Below are positions 9,242-18,722 of a stretch of DNA of 64,000 bases, piece by piece. The DNA comes from Candidatus Kaiserbacteria bacterium. Lineage in GTDB: Bacteria > Patescibacteriota > Minisyncoccia > Phycocordibacterales > UBA2100. Each line of letters starts with the position of its first letter. Position 1 is the first letter of the stretch. The stretch covers positions 8,364 to 72,363 of the forward strand of contig JACRFK010000003.1 of assembly GCA_016217925.1 (NCBI GenBank). The letters run 5' to 3'. Below the pieces are notes generated by a model that was not told the DNA's origin, ran no database searches, and was given only the letters and a program-made list of their open reading frames with translations. The translations under genes and the position numbers were made by a program.

Positions 9242-9410
9242 GTCTTTTCCAACATTTTGCCTTGGCCGGCACGTGCTCGTGCCGGCATGACACTCCTCGT
9301 ATCTGCCTTCGGCAGACACTCGGCCCCTCCGGGCGCCTCGCGGCGGTGTCAGGCCCCTCCGGCGCGGCTTATCCACAAGTGGAAGCCGCTCGGGAGGTTA
9401 TACTCACGGG

Positions 9411-11843
9411 GTGAAAAGAGCCCACCGCCAAAAAAAGACGGACGCTCACAAAAAGCTGGTTATTCGAATGGAAGAAGCGGGAATGGACGATATCGCCCTG
9501 GTCGGCGGCAAAAATGCCAGCCTCGGTGAGATGCTCTCCGCGCTCACGAAAAAAGGCATTCGCGTGCCTTCGGGTTTTATCATTACGACCGATGCCTATC
9601 GTGAATTCATCCGCGGGGCGGGACTCGAAGACCTTATCCGCTTCAATCTCGCGCACTTGAAACGGCACGACATTCATGCGCTCGAACATGCAAGTCAGGT
9701 CATCAGGGAAGCAATAGAGGGTGCGCCTCTGCCCAAAGAACTCGAGCATCAGGTCGCCGAGGCGTATGTCTCGATGGAGAAACAGTACGGCAAGCACATC
9801 GACGTCGCCATCCGCTCCTCGGCGACTGCCGAAGATTTGCCGGGCGCATCATTCGCCGGCCAACAAGACACATACCTCGGCGTGCGCGGGCGCGATCATG
9901 TGTTCAAGGCGGTGCGTTCATGTTTCGGGTCGCTCTTTACCGCACGCGCGATTTCATACCGTCACGACAAAGGCTTCGACCACATGGATGTCGCGCTTTC
10001 GGTCGCTATCCAGCGGATGGTCCGTAGCGACTTGGGCGCTTCGGGCGTCGCTTTCACGCTCGACACCGAAACGGGCTTCCGTGACGTCGTCCTCATCACT
10101 GGTACGTGGGGTCTCGGCGAACTCCTCGTGCAGGGACAGGTTGTGCCGGATGAATTTCTCGTCGCAAAGAAAATGCTGGGTCACGCGCCGCTCCCCATCA
10201 TCGGCAAACGCCGCGGCAAAAAAGATATCAAAATGGTATACGCCAAGCGCGGACACGCAGGTCCGCTCCAGGTCGTGAAGAATAAGAAGGAAGACCGGCG
10301 CCGCTTCGTCTTGAACGACAAACAAATTATCGAACTCGCAAAAGCGGCCGTACTCATCGAAAAGCACTACACCAAGATACGCGGCACTCCTTCACCCATG
10401 GACGTGGAGTGGGCGCTCGACGGCCGCACCAATGAGCTCTTCATCCTGCAAGCTCGCCCCGAGACCGTGCAGGTGAGCCGCGACACCGAGAAAATTAAGG
10501 AGTACATCCGCCGCGAAGAGGGCACCCCTATCGTGCGCGGGCTCTCGGTGGGCAACAAGATCGTGACCGGTACGGTGCGCATCATCAACGACGTCCGCGA
10601 CATGCAGGCGCTTTTGCCGGGCGAAGTCTTGGTCACCGAGATGACTGACCCGGACTGGGAACCTATCATGAAAAAAGCCGCCGCCATCGTCACCGAAAAG
10701 GGCGGCCGTACCTCGCACGCCGCGATCGTCTCCCGCGAGCTCGGGCTCACCGCCATCGTGGGGGCCGAAAAAGCGACACAGATACTGCACACCGGTCAGC
10801 TCGTCACGATTGATACGACCTCGTCGGAAGGACTCGTCTTTGACGGCGTCTTGGGTTTCAGCGTGCGCGAGACGGAACTCGGTGCGCTTCCCAAAACCAA
10901 GACCAAGATAGCGATGAACATCGCCACCCCCGACACCGCATTTGAAAAATCATTCTTACCCAACGACGGTGTGGGGCTTGCCCGCGAGGAATTCATTATC
11001 GCCGGCTCGGTGGGCGTGCACCCGCTTGCGCTTATCCACTACGACGAGCTCCCGGAGAATATGCAGCTCCAAGTCCGTAAGAAAACGCGCGGCTGGGACG
11101 ACAGGCTCGAATACTACGTGGACAATCTCGCCTTCGGCATCGCGAAGATCGCGACGGCTTTCTATCCGAAAAAAGTCATCGTCCGCTTTTCCGATTTCAA
11201 GAGCAACGAATACCGCTCGCTCCTGGGCGGTGAGCGCTTTGAGCCGGTCGAAGAAAATCCGATGCTCGGCTGGCGCGGCGCTTCCCGCTACTACGACCCC
11301 AAATTCAAGCAGGCATTTCTCCTCGAGTGCCGCGCGATGCGCAAAGTCCGCGAGACGATGGGGCTGCGCAACGTCATCCCGATGGTGCCTTTCTGCCGCA
11401 CGCTTGAAGAGGGGAGGAATGTGCTCGAAGTGATGGCCGAAGGCGGCCTCAAGCGGGGGAAGAACGGACTCAAGGTCATCGTCATGTGCGAGATTCCCTC
11501 CAACGCGATTTTGGCCGAAGAGTTTCTCAAGATTTTCGACGGCATGTCTATCGGTTCCAACGACCTCACTCAGCTCACGCTCGGCCTCGACCGTGATTCC
11601 GGTATCGTGAATCGTGTAGCCGATGAGAACGACCCGGCGGTGAAAAAGCTCATTGCGGATGTCATCAAAGTCTGTCTGAAGAGTAAAAAGTATGTCGGCA
11701 TTTGCGGCCAGGGTCCGTCCGATCACCCTTCGTTCGCGAAATTCCTCGTGGAGCAGGGGATCGAGAGCATGTCGCTCAATCCGGATTCCATCATCAAAAC
11801 AAAAATAGCCGTCGCCAAGGTGGAGAAGGGGATGAGAAAATGA
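9411..11843 (+). CDS. ppsA: Phosphoenolpyruvate synthase
   Basis: VGGKNASLGEM, RSSATAEDLP.ASFAGQQ, GGRTSHAAI, EENPMLGWRGASRY, SIGSNDLTQL; GTG start uncertain. Confidence 0.97.
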   Translation: MKRAHRQKKTDAHKKLVIRMEEAGMDDIALVGGKNASLGEMLSALTKKGIRVPSGFIITTDAYREFIRGAGLEDLIRFNLAHLKRHDIHALEHASQVIREAIEGAPLPKELEHQVAEAYVSMEKQYGKHIDVAIRSSATAEDLPGASFAGQQDTYLGVRGRDHVFKAVRSCFGSLFTARAISYRHDKGFDHMDVALSVAIQRMVRSDLGASGVAFTLDTETGFRDVVLITGTWGLGELLVQGQVVPDEFLVAKKMLGHAPLPIIGKRRGKKDIKMVYAKRGHAGPLQVVKNKKEDRRRFVLNDKQIIELAKAAVLIEKHYTKIRGTPSPMDVEWALDGRTNELFILQARPETVQVSRDTEKIKEYIRREEGTPIVRGLSVGNKIVTGTVRIINDVRDMQALLPGEVLVTEMTDPDWEPIMKKAAAIVTEKGGRTSHAAIVSRELGLTAIVGAEKATQILHTGQLVTIDTTSSEGLVFDGVLGFSVRETELGALPKTKTKIAMNIATPDTAFEKSFLPNDGVGLAREEFIIAGSVGVHPLALIHYDELPENMQLQVRKKTRGWDDRLEYYVDNLAFGIAKIATAFYPKKVIVRFSDFKSNEYRSLLGGERFEPVEENPMLGWRGASRYYDPKFKQAFLLECRAMRKVRETMGLRNVIPMVPFCRTLEEGRNVLEVMAEGGLKRGKNGLKVIVMCEIPSNAILAEEFLKIFDGMSIGSNDLTQLTLGLDRDSGIVNRVADENDPAVKKLIADVIKVCLKSKKYVGICGQGPSDHPSFAKFLVEQGIESMSLNPDSIIKTKIAVAKVEKGMRK

Positions 11844-11906
11844 GGATAATTCCGACCGTTCAATGAACGCTTCCTCTATATACAGAAGCTTGTGATGCGT
11901 ACTCTG

Positions 11907-11978
11907 CTCCCCGGGTAGGATTCGAACCTACGACCAACTCGTTAACAGCGAGCTGCGCTACCGCTGCGCTACCGGGGA
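11907..11978 (-). tRNA. tRNA-Asn(GTT)
   Basis: Acceptor TCCCCGG/CCGGGGA, anticodon arm GCTCG-CTGTTAA-CGAGT, GGTTCGAATCC; CCA not encoded. Confidence 0.96.
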
Positions 11979-12091
11979 GCACAATACACATCAAATATCG
12001 CGCTGCTCGTCAGGAGTATATCCGATATTCGGCTCGGATAGAAGAGGCAAACCCAAGGCCAGGCTCGCGCATCATGATGTACAATGAAGCC

Positions 12092-12343
12092 ATGAATAAT
12101 GAAGAAACAGGCGCGGAGGTGAAGGGGACTGAGAGATGCGGACATTGGAATTGTCGGCACCATCGCGGCGGGTCTGTTGTGCATGCGGGAGGAGGCGCCA
12201 TGTACGGTCTCGGCCTTATCGGAGCCGCGGTATATTTTATTCAACAAGCGGACACATTCTCCTCAGGAGCGATTGGTCTTCTGAAGGCGCTCGTGTGGCC
12301 CGCATTTTTCGTCTATAAGCTGTTCGGCTTTTTGGGGATGTAA
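12092..12343 (+). CDS. Small membrane protein, hypothetical
   Basis: His/Gly-rich N-terminus then two hydrophobic segments (YGLGLIGAAVYFI, LKALVWPAF); TACAAT-N6-ATG start. Confidence 0.7.
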   Translation: MNNEETGAEVKGTERCGHWNCRHHRGGSVVHAGGGAMYGLGLIGAAVYFIQQADTFSSGAIGLLKALVWPAFFVYKLFGFLGM

Positions 12344-12365
12344 AAGACGTCATTTTCCCCTGTTG

Positions 12366-12671
12366 TCACTTAAGCAGAGCGACAAGCTGACCGATTTCTC
12401 GCAGATGTTCCTGGACGGCAGTCTGGTCGCGGAACGTTTTGGAGAAAGTGGCTAATCAGGGGAGAGCCGCGAGTACGGACTCTCTTGTCGGATTGTGAAA
12501 ATCACCCTTCGTTTCTTTGAATGACTGCTCCACAATCTTGGTGCAGTAATCTCTCTCCGCTTGTTCATAGCCGCCGGTCAGGCCCAGGTGGTCCCGGTGA
12601 GCATTGAGGAAGCACTCAATTATGGCGTCGCGCACCATCTGCGGAGTGACTTCCTTGTCCGTATCAACCTC
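12366..12671 (-). pseudogene. Probable pseudogene of a hypothetical helical protein
   Basis: Frame reads *EVDTDKEVTPQMVRDAIIECF...AALP*LATFSKTFRDQTAVQEHLREIGQLVALLK*; internal TGA at 12456-12458. Confidence 0.5.
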
Positions 12672-12751
12672 CTACGGACGAGTATCTAAACGCTGGCCGG
12701 GTTATGCAGGGCGCACATTCTCCCCGGCCCGTGGCCTGCTATAATCCACAT

Positions 12752-12928
12752 ATGAAGCACTACATTTGCACAGGCGGGTGCGAAGGTGAGTCGAAGGTGC
12801 CGGGGTCGTGTGAGGCGATCGCGTGCCCGAAGAACGGAAAGCCGCTCTCGGAATGCGACTGTGGTGATGGAAAACACAAGCCGCAGACCAAGACCCCGTT
12901 GAGACCAGAAGAACGCGAGTCGGAGTAG
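12752..12928 (+). CDS. Small Cys-rich putative metal-binding protein
   Basis: HYICTGGC...GSCEAIAC...ECDC.DGKH; TG-C-TATAAT-N6-ATG. Confidence 0.7.
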   Translation: MKHYICTGGCEGESKVPGSCEAIACPKNGKPLSECDCGDGKHKPQTKTPLRPEERESE

Positions 12929-12966
12929 ACGTCGCTGTTTCAATCCAAAACAGCAGCCAAAGTTGC

Positions 12967-13236
12967 CTACGCCCCGCGGTGGAGCCAATTCCAAAGGTAA
13001 GCGAACGCGTACCCGAATACGCACCCCATGAGGAAGGTCATGATGATTAGGGTAATCGCTGCGGTAACTTCGAACGGCCCGATGATAATGGGGAGATGTA
13101 TCATGTGCGCCCACAGAACGAAGTCATAGAGCGTCTGCGCCCAGCCGCTCAAGACCAATACCGACCAGACAGCATGCAATCCGCCGATAAACAAACCGAC
13201 TGTAAGAGCCGTTCTACTGACGCTAAGTGTGTTCAT
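12967..13236 (-). CDS. Small membrane protein, hypothetical
   Basis: Two TM segments, GGLHAVW and WAHMIH motifs. Confidence 0.75.
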   Translation of the reverse strand: MNTLSVSRTALTVGLFIGGLHAVWSVLVLSGWAQTLYDFVLWAHMIHLPIIIGPFEVTAAITLIIMTFLMGCVFGYAFAYLWNWLHRGA

Positions 13237-13393
13237 AGTATTTTGATCGTTTAACTCGCACGAGGTTGGATACTATTAATAATCCTTCGCCTTCAGGACT
13301 TTATGATAGGGGGCGTCGACCTACGGCAATTATCTGCCCGAATGCGGTGGCTGACAATGGGCCCATCCCAATGTACTCATCTCATACAGAACC

Positions 13394-13422
13394 TTGACAA
13401 GGTATTACCCGCATGATAATCT
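13394..13422 (+). promoter_or_regulatory. Sigma70 promoter of the csp gene
   Basis: TTGACA (13394-13399), 17-bp spacer, TGn-TAATCT (13417-13422); implies a long 5' UTR as known for cspA genes. Confidence 0.7.
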
Positions 13423-13545
13423 TCCCGTATCAACCAGCGCTGATCCAGAGAAGGGGGATCGACCTACAACTCCAGCTAACTGACATTGATACCAACAGAA
13501 GACACACATCTTTGTCGGTTTATCCATCGAATAATTCTAATTGCT

Positions 13546-13749
13546 ATGCAAACAGGAACTATCGCCCGTCTCACCGATAAGGGTTTCGGGTTTATCTCTC
13601 GCGAGGGTCAGGAAAAGGATCTCTTTTTCCACTCCAACGAGCTCGTCGGGGTTTCCTTCGACGAACTTCGCGAAGGTGACAAGTTGACTTTCGAAGTCGC
13701 TGACAGCCCGAAGGGGCCGAACGCGGTCAAGGTCTCCCGCGTCTCCTAA
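13546..13749 (+). CDS. csp: Cold-shock protein
   Basis: KGFGFI (RNP1), DLFFHS (RNP2), KGPNA..V. Confidence 0.96.
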   Translation: MQTGTIARLTDKGFGFISREGQEKDLFFHSNELVGVSFDELREGDKLTFEVADSPKGPNAVKVSRVS

Positions 13750-13764
13750 GCCGTAAAAGGCTCA

Positions 13765-13800
13765 ACAAAACGCCCCCGCCTATAGGCGGGGGCGTTTTGT
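13765..13800 (+). terminator. Rho-independent terminator
   Basis: ACAAAACGCCCCCGCC-TATA-GGCGGGGGCGTTTTGT. Confidence 0.85.
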
Positions 13801-13834
13801 GTTATCAAAATATGCAACATGGTAGAATGGGCCC

Positions 13835-14452
13835 ATGCGGAACGCCTACGCGCTCCTCGGTCTCGCGTGGCTCATTATTATCGTCGCGGGAGCGTACGCA
13901 TTTAATCGCAACTTCACGCGTACCGACAATACTGGTCGGGAGGAGGTCACTCGTTCGCAGACACTCGCTTCTATGGCAACTTCAACGCTTACCCTTACAA
14001 GCCCAGCATTCGCGCACAACGGTTCCATACCGTCGCGATTCACCTGTGACGGGGACCGAACAATAAGTCCGGAGCTATCCCTCAGCAGCGTGCCGGAAGG
14101 TACGAAATCGCTCGCGCTCATCATGGACGATCCCGACGTGCCCAAGGCGCTGAAGCCCGACGGGGTCTTCGACCACTGGATACTTTTCAATGTTCCCGCG
14201 GATACAAAATCGATACAAGAGGGCGCATCAGCCGGCACCGTCGGAACGAACGGAGCAGGGAAGAACGCTTACACAGGGCCCTGCCCGCCGCCGCAATATG
14301 AGCCGTCGGAACACCGCTACGTCTTCAAGCTCTATGCGCTCGATAGCGAGCTCGCGCTTCAGGCGGATGCGACGAAAGCCGACGTCGAGCGCGCGATGGA
14401 AGGACATATCATCGCGCAGACGGAATTGGTCGGGAGGTACAAACGGAAGTAA
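13835..14452 (+). CDS. YbhB/YbcL (PEBP) family protein with N-terminal membrane anchor
   Basis: LTSPAF, MDDPD, FDHW..FN, Y.GPCPP, HRY.FKLYALD. Confidence 0.92.
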   Translation: MRNAYALLGLAWLIIIVAGAYAFNRNFTRTDNTGREEVTRSQTLASMATSTLTLTSPAFAHNGSIPSRFTCDGDRTISPELSLSSVPEGTKSLALIMDDPDVPKALKPDGVFDHWILFNVPADTKSIQEGASAGTVGTNGAGKNAYTGPCPPPQYEPSEHRYVFKLYALDSELALQADATKADVERAMEGHIIAQTELVGRYKRK

Positions 14453-14456
14453 TGCC

Positions 14457-14690
14457 ATGACAGACGCGAAGTTAGTCCGTGTAAAAGTATGGCCGGATGC
14501 GGGCGAAGAATCGGTAGAAGAGGGGAAAAAAGGAGGATTGGAAATATTCGTGCGGGAGCCGCCGCTGCACAATCGCGCGAATAAACGAGTGTGTGCTCTC
14601 GTCGCGCGGCATTATAAAGTCAGGGCGGAAGATGTCCGCATCGTTTCCGGTCATCGAACTCGCGGAAAGATAGTGAGTGTGCGACAATAA
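14457..14690 (+). CDS. DUF167/YggU family protein
   Basis: VRVKV.P, V.EPP...RAN, V.IVSG...R.K. Confidence 0.85.
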   Translation: MTDAKLVRVKVWPDAGEESVEEGKKGGLEIFVREPPLHNRANKRVCALVARHYKVRAEDVRIVSGHRTRGKIVSVRQ

Positions 14691-14695
14691 AGGGT

Positions 14696-15064
14696 ATGGA
14701 TATCCGAATAAAGGCAACGAATTTCGAAATGACCGAGGACACGCGAGGCTACCTTGATGAGCGTCTCGATTCTCTCGAAAAACTCCTTGGTGACGATGCG
14801 GCACTTACGCGCTGCGAGGTGGAGCTTGGCCGCGATGCCGGCCGCCCGCGGCACGGCGCGAATATGTGGTTCGCCGAGATACGCATACTTTCTCCCGGCG
14901 GCATCCCCGTGAACGCGCGCAACAACGCTCCTTCGGTGAATGCCGCGATTGATGACGTGAAAGAAGAAGTCGAGCGCCAGCTTGGCCGCGAGAAGAAGTT
15001 GCACATCCGCGTCCTGCGCAAGACCGGCGCTGCCATTAAGAATTGGATGAAATTCGGTCACTAA
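14696..15064 (+). CDS. raiA: Ribosome hibernation factor (HPF/RaiA)
   Basis: M.I.IKA.NFE.T...Y...L..LEK, AAID...E.ERQL...K. Confidence 0.85.
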   Translation: MDIRIKATNFEMTEDTRGYLDERLDSLEKLLGDDAALTRCEVELGRDAGRPRHGANMWFAEIRILSPGGIPVNARNNAPSVNAAIDDVKEEVERQLGREKKLHIRVLRKTGAAIKNWMKFGH

Positions 15065-15255
15065 ATTGTCCAAAAGAAAGGCCCGCCGAGCAGGCCGTGA
15101 ATGTTTTGCATGATGGCGCCTTCATGCTCTGCAAACACTCCACTCACTTGTCTCGGCGGGGGCGAGGATTTGGACCTCTGCCGTGAATTGCCGGCTACGC
15201 GATACGGTCGGATGCCAGCATCACGAAGCCACAATGGATGGAATCGGCGGAAACG

Positions 15256-16119
15256 TCAATGGGGTATGGCTCCCGAGCGCAAAAACTCTTCGTACGGCAT
15301 TTCCTTCTTTCCTTCGGGTTTTACCGTGTCGAGGATGAGTTTGGTGCCCTCTATGTGCGCGTCGAGGATGCCGACGCGGATTTTCTTACCTCCGCGTTCG
15401 AAGAATGAGTGCGTGCCGACGGTTGTATCGAACGCGCGTATCTTCAGAAGGTTCTGATAGGCGTCGGCGCTCAGGTCGAGACGGCCGTCCTCTTTCGTAT
15501 ACTTAGGGCACATGGTCGCGACGTCGTGATTTTGAGGGCGCGCCTCAATATCACCTCTTAGCCAGCTCGGTAGTATTTCGATAAGTAGTTTCGCGCTCTC
15601 TTGCGTTGCCCTATCTTCAAGCTCACTCGCCTTGGGAGGCCACTGCGGCACACTGATGCGCTTTTGCGCGACGAGCGGCCCATGGTCGATTTTTTCGTCT
15701 AGGAGGATGATGGAAGTACCAACCTCTTTATCGTTGTTTGCAATAGCCGCACGCACGGGTGAGGTACCGCGCCATCGCGGAAGGAGCGAGAAGTGGATAT
15801 TCAGGACACCGTGCTCGGGGATATCAAGAATTTCCCGCGGCAGCACCTTGCCGTAGTAAATAACGACAAACACGTCTGAGGCCGCGGCGCGAAGCGCCGC
15901 GGCTTCCTTCTCGCCGAATTCCTCTGGCTGTATCACAGAAATGCCGCGCGCTTGCGCCCAATCTTTCACCGGCGGAGCAGAGACCTCCATTCCGCGTCCG
16001 CGCACCGTGTCGGGGGTCGTAATGATAAGCGAAGGCACGAGCCCGCTTTTTTCCAGGAGGTCGAGAAAGTCACACGCACGTGCGGGTGTGCCAAAAAACA
16101 CGAAGCGGGCGTCACTCAT
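15256..16119 (-). CDS. fmt: Methionyl-tRNA formyltransferase
   Basis: FFGTP, PD..RGRG, LNIHFSLLPRWRG.SP, DHGP; start set at MSDARF, overlapping the def stop. Confidence 0.95.
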   Translation of the reverse strand: MSDARFVFFGTPARACDFLDLLEKSGLVPSLIITTPDTVRGRGMEVSAPPVKDWAQARGISVIQPEEFGEKEAAALRAAASDVFVVIYYGKVLPREILDIPEHGVLNIHFSLLPRWRGTSPVRAAIANNDKEVGTSIILLDEKIDHGPLVAQKRISVPQWPPKASELEDRATQESAKLLIEILPSWLRGDIEARPQNHDVATMCPKYTKEDGRLDLSADAYQNLLKIRAFDTTVGTHSFFERGGKKIRVGILDAHIEGTKLILDTVKPEGKKEMPYEEFLRSGAIPH

Positions 16120-16717
16120 GCGCTTCCGGTTCTTCCGGCTTTTCGTCATACACGTTTGTTGCTTTGTCGGTATATAAAATACCGTCGAGATGATCCATCT
16201 CGTGCTGGAAGACGTGTGCGAGAAATCCCGATGCGCCGCGAGTGAATTGCTCGCCGTTCTCGTTGTGCGCCCTCAGCATGACCTTTTCGGCGCGTGGCAC
16301 GACACCCCATTTGCCTCGAATAGAAAGGCAGCCCTCGTGTTTTTCTTTCTTCATGCGCGATATTTTGAGCAGGACGGGATTGATGTACACCTGGTCTGGC
16401 ATCGCCGGTCGCTCGTCTTTTTTCTCAGGTTCATCCGGCGAGTTACGGGAATCGCGCGCAAGCGCCCTCCCGGAGACAATAAAGAGGCGCACGGGCTCTC
16501 CCACTTGGGAGGCCGCGAGGGCTACGCCGTACTTTTCTTTCGAGAGGAGCGCTTTCATCTCGGCAATAAGCTTTTTGATGTGTTTGCCCGTGATGTCGGA
16601 TATCGGTACCTCACGCGCGATCCCCCGCAGGGCGGGATTCGAATCAGCGGGAAGAATAGTTCGCACCCCGTTAGAGGCGCTACCGCTCCGGATTTCGTAG
16701 CTTAGTTTTTTGTTCAT
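16112..16717 (-). CDS. def: Peptide deformylase
   Basis: GVALAASQVG, EGCLS, QHEMDHLDG; N-terminal ~17 aa lie within a MITE-like element. Confidence 0.96.
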   Translation of the reverse strand: MNKKLSYEIRSGSASNGVRTILPADSNPALRGIAREVPISDITGKHIKKLIAEMKALLSKEKYGVALAASQVGEPVRLFIVSGRALARDSRNSPDEPEKKDERPAMPDQVYINPVLLKISRMKKEKHEGCLSIRGKWGVVPRAEKVMLRAHNENGEQFTRGASGFLAHVFQHEMDHLDGILYTDKATNVYDEKPEEPEAHE

Positions 16718-16770
16718 ATTCTTACGGAAGATGTTGCACCGACGAAGGGTTCGTTAGCTCTCTAACGGGG
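16666..16770. mobile_element. MITE-like element with CGCA target duplication
   Basis: CCCCGTTAGAG / CTCTAACGGGG terminal IR; CGCA at 16662-16665 and 16771-16774. Confidence 0.75.
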
Positions 16771-16787
16771 CGCATGAGTAAAATATA

Positions 16788-16846
16788 CCCCGTGAGATAC
16801 TGTATTCCAACACTTCCTGCACAGTCTGTCTTGTTATCTCACGGGG
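16788..16846. repeat. Related IR element without target duplication
   Basis: CCCCGTGAGATA / TATCTCACGGGG perfect 12-bp IR; flanks TATA and CAGG differ. Confidence 0.55.
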
Positions 16847-16907
16847 CAGGTCGGAAAGCATGCCCCGCACCAAGCTTTGCTTTGGTGTCGGGGTGTACAA
16901 TAACGCC

Positions 16908-17180
16908 ATGAAGCACATCGGTTCCCACCTCAAACGTTCGATAAAAGATGCGCGTATCACGGAGCGCGGAGAGTTCATGGAATACTTTTGCGAGAAACTC
17001 AACCGGGACCGAGAGCGGGACGGATACTCGAAAATAACCTTGGCGCGCATGGGGAAGACCCTCGAGAAGATACCGACCAAAGACCTCTACTACCTGAAAA
17101 AAGTGTGCGACGACGCGGGCAATTTCTCAAAGAAATTTTGGTGGGAAATCAATCCCAAGAAGCACGAAAAAGAAGCTTGA
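16908..17180 (+). CDS. Small basic hypothetical protein
   Basis: Open frame directly before mreB (TERGE...DLYYLK..C...NFSKKFWW); TACAAT-N6-ATG. Confidence 0.75.
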   Translation: MKHIGSHLKRSIKDARITERGEFMEYFCEKLNRDRERDGYSKITLARMGKTLEKIPTKDLYYLKKVCDDAGNFSKKFWWEINPKKHEKEA

Positions 17181-17228
17181 AAGGCCCGATTTGGAACTTT
17201 CCCGTGTTGCAGTACAATGCCCGAACCT

Positions 17229-18245
17229 ATGGCATTCTCATTTTCTCCGAAACTCGGCATCGATCTCGGCACGACGACCGTGCTCGTCTTCGTGCCGGGC
17301 AAGGGAATCGTCCTCAATGAGCCGTCCGTCGTCGCTGTGTCCGTGAAGGACAACAAGATCCTCGCCGTAGGCAACAACGCCAAAGAAATGGTCGGCCGAA
17401 CGCCCGGAGAGATCATCGCGTATCGTCCGATGAAAGACGGCGTCATCGCGGATTACCGTGTGACCGAAGCGATGTTGCGATACTACATCAAGAAATCGCT
17501 CGGCAAGTGGAACCTCTTCAAACCGGAGGTCATGATAAGCGTACCGGCAGGGGTCACATCGACGGAGCGAAGAGCTGTCGTCGAAGCGGCGACCAAAGCG
17601 GGCGCGCGCGAAGCGTATGTGGTCAAAGAGCCGATCTTGGCGGCGATAGGCGCGGGCATCCCGATACACGAGGCGCGCGGGCACATGGTCGTGGACATCG
17701 GAGGCGGCACGACCGATGTCGCGGTCATTTCGCTCGGCGGCATCGTTGCGTCAACTTCCGTGAAGTGCGCCGGAAACGCGATTGACCGCGCCATTGCCGA
17801 CTACATCAAGAAAACGTCCAATCTGGGCATCGGAGAAAAGATGGCGGAAGAGGTAAAAATACAGATAGGCTCGGCGGTGCCCGTAGACGATGAGCTCACC
17901 ATGATGGTGAAAGGCAGGGACCATCTCACCGGGTTGCCGCGCTCCATAGAAGTCGGTACCAACGAAGTCGTGCGTGCGATAGGAAAAGAATTGCGCACGA
18001 TAATCAACGCCATGAAAGATGTACTGCAGGAAACCCCGCCGGAGTTGGCCGCCGATATTATCGACAACGGCATCATCATGACAGGCGGCTCATCGCTGTT
18101 GCGTAATCTGCCCGAGCTCGTCTTCCGCCGCACGGGAGTGAAAGCGCGCGTCGCCAAAGATGCGCCCTACTGTGTGGCAAAGGGGACAGGCGAAGCCCTG
18201 AAGCACCTGGAAGCGTACAAAAAAGCAATTATTTCGAAACGTTGA
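17229..18245 (+). CDS. mreB: MreB/Mbl actin-like protein (paralog 1)
   Basis: GIDLGT, NEPSVVA, RPMKDGVIAD, VDIGGGTTD, TGGSSLL. Confidence 0.95.
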   Translation: MAFSFSPKLGIDLGTTTVLVFVPGKGIVLNEPSVVAVSVKDNKILAVGNNAKEMVGRTPGEIIAYRPMKDGVIADYRVTEAMLRYYIKKSLGKWNLFKPEVMISVPAGVTSTERRAVVEAATKAGAREAYVVKEPILAAIGAGIPIHEARGHMVVDIGGGTTDVAVISLGGIVASTSVKCAGNAIDRAIADYIKKTSNLGIGEKMAEEVKIQIGSAVPVDDELTMMVKGRDHLTGLPRSIEVGTNEVVRAIGKELRTIINAMKDVLQETPPELAADIIDNGIIMTGGSSLLRNLPELVFRRTGVKARVAKDAPYCVAKGTGEALKHLEAYKKAIISKR

Positions 18246-18317
18246 CTCTAGTCGTTTGAAGTGTTACTTTGCCACTCGGCAACATCCTTTCGACGTTAAC
18301 GAGGACGGAGAGCGACC

Positions 18318-18599
18318 ATGGATGAAAAACGCAGGAATGAAATCGCTTTTTTGCTTGACTTGCACGACCTCTTGTCGAGTAAAACAGAGAGGCCGTCTAC
18401 TGAAGTAAATACCGGTATCAAATACGCGGCGATAACGATGATGAAAGCAACTCTGGAGCTAGAGGAGAAAGCTAAGGAAGTCGCGAGCCATCTTCAGCGT
18501 TTGCTTAGCGATAAAGCGCCCTCAGAGGCAGAGGTCGAAGAATACATTCGCACATTGGCCAATGAAGGCATGGCTGATGAGGGACCGTTTCGCGCCTAA
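18318..18599 (+). CDS. Hypothetical protein
   Basis: 93-aa ORF with GGAG upstream, followed by a terminator-like hairpin. Confidence 0.6.
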   Translation: MDEKRRNEIAFLLDLHDLLSSKTERPSTEVNTGIKYAAITMMKATLELEEKAKEVASHLQRLLSDKAPSEAEVEEYIRTLANEGMADEGPFRA

Positions 18600-18658
18600 C
18601 CGCCAGTCACTGCCGTTGCTCACTGAGAATCTCGAGCCGAATCAAACTATGCCCGATG

Positions 18659-18700
18659 GAGTCGCCCGATACTGCGGCGGCTATGTCGGGCGATTCTTTT
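18659..18700 (+). terminator. Rho-independent terminator-like hairpin
   Basis: GAGTCGCCCGATA...TGTCGGGCGATTC followed by TTTTT. Confidence 0.6.
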
Positions 18701-18722
18701 GCTACTCCGGCTGCTGGAAAAC

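Noticed and set aside
12456-12458. In-frame TGA as evidence for genetic code 25 or selenocysteine
   Set aside because: TGA terminates conserved genes here (ppsA, frr, ahcY, fba) at expected positions, so a pseudogene is simpler.
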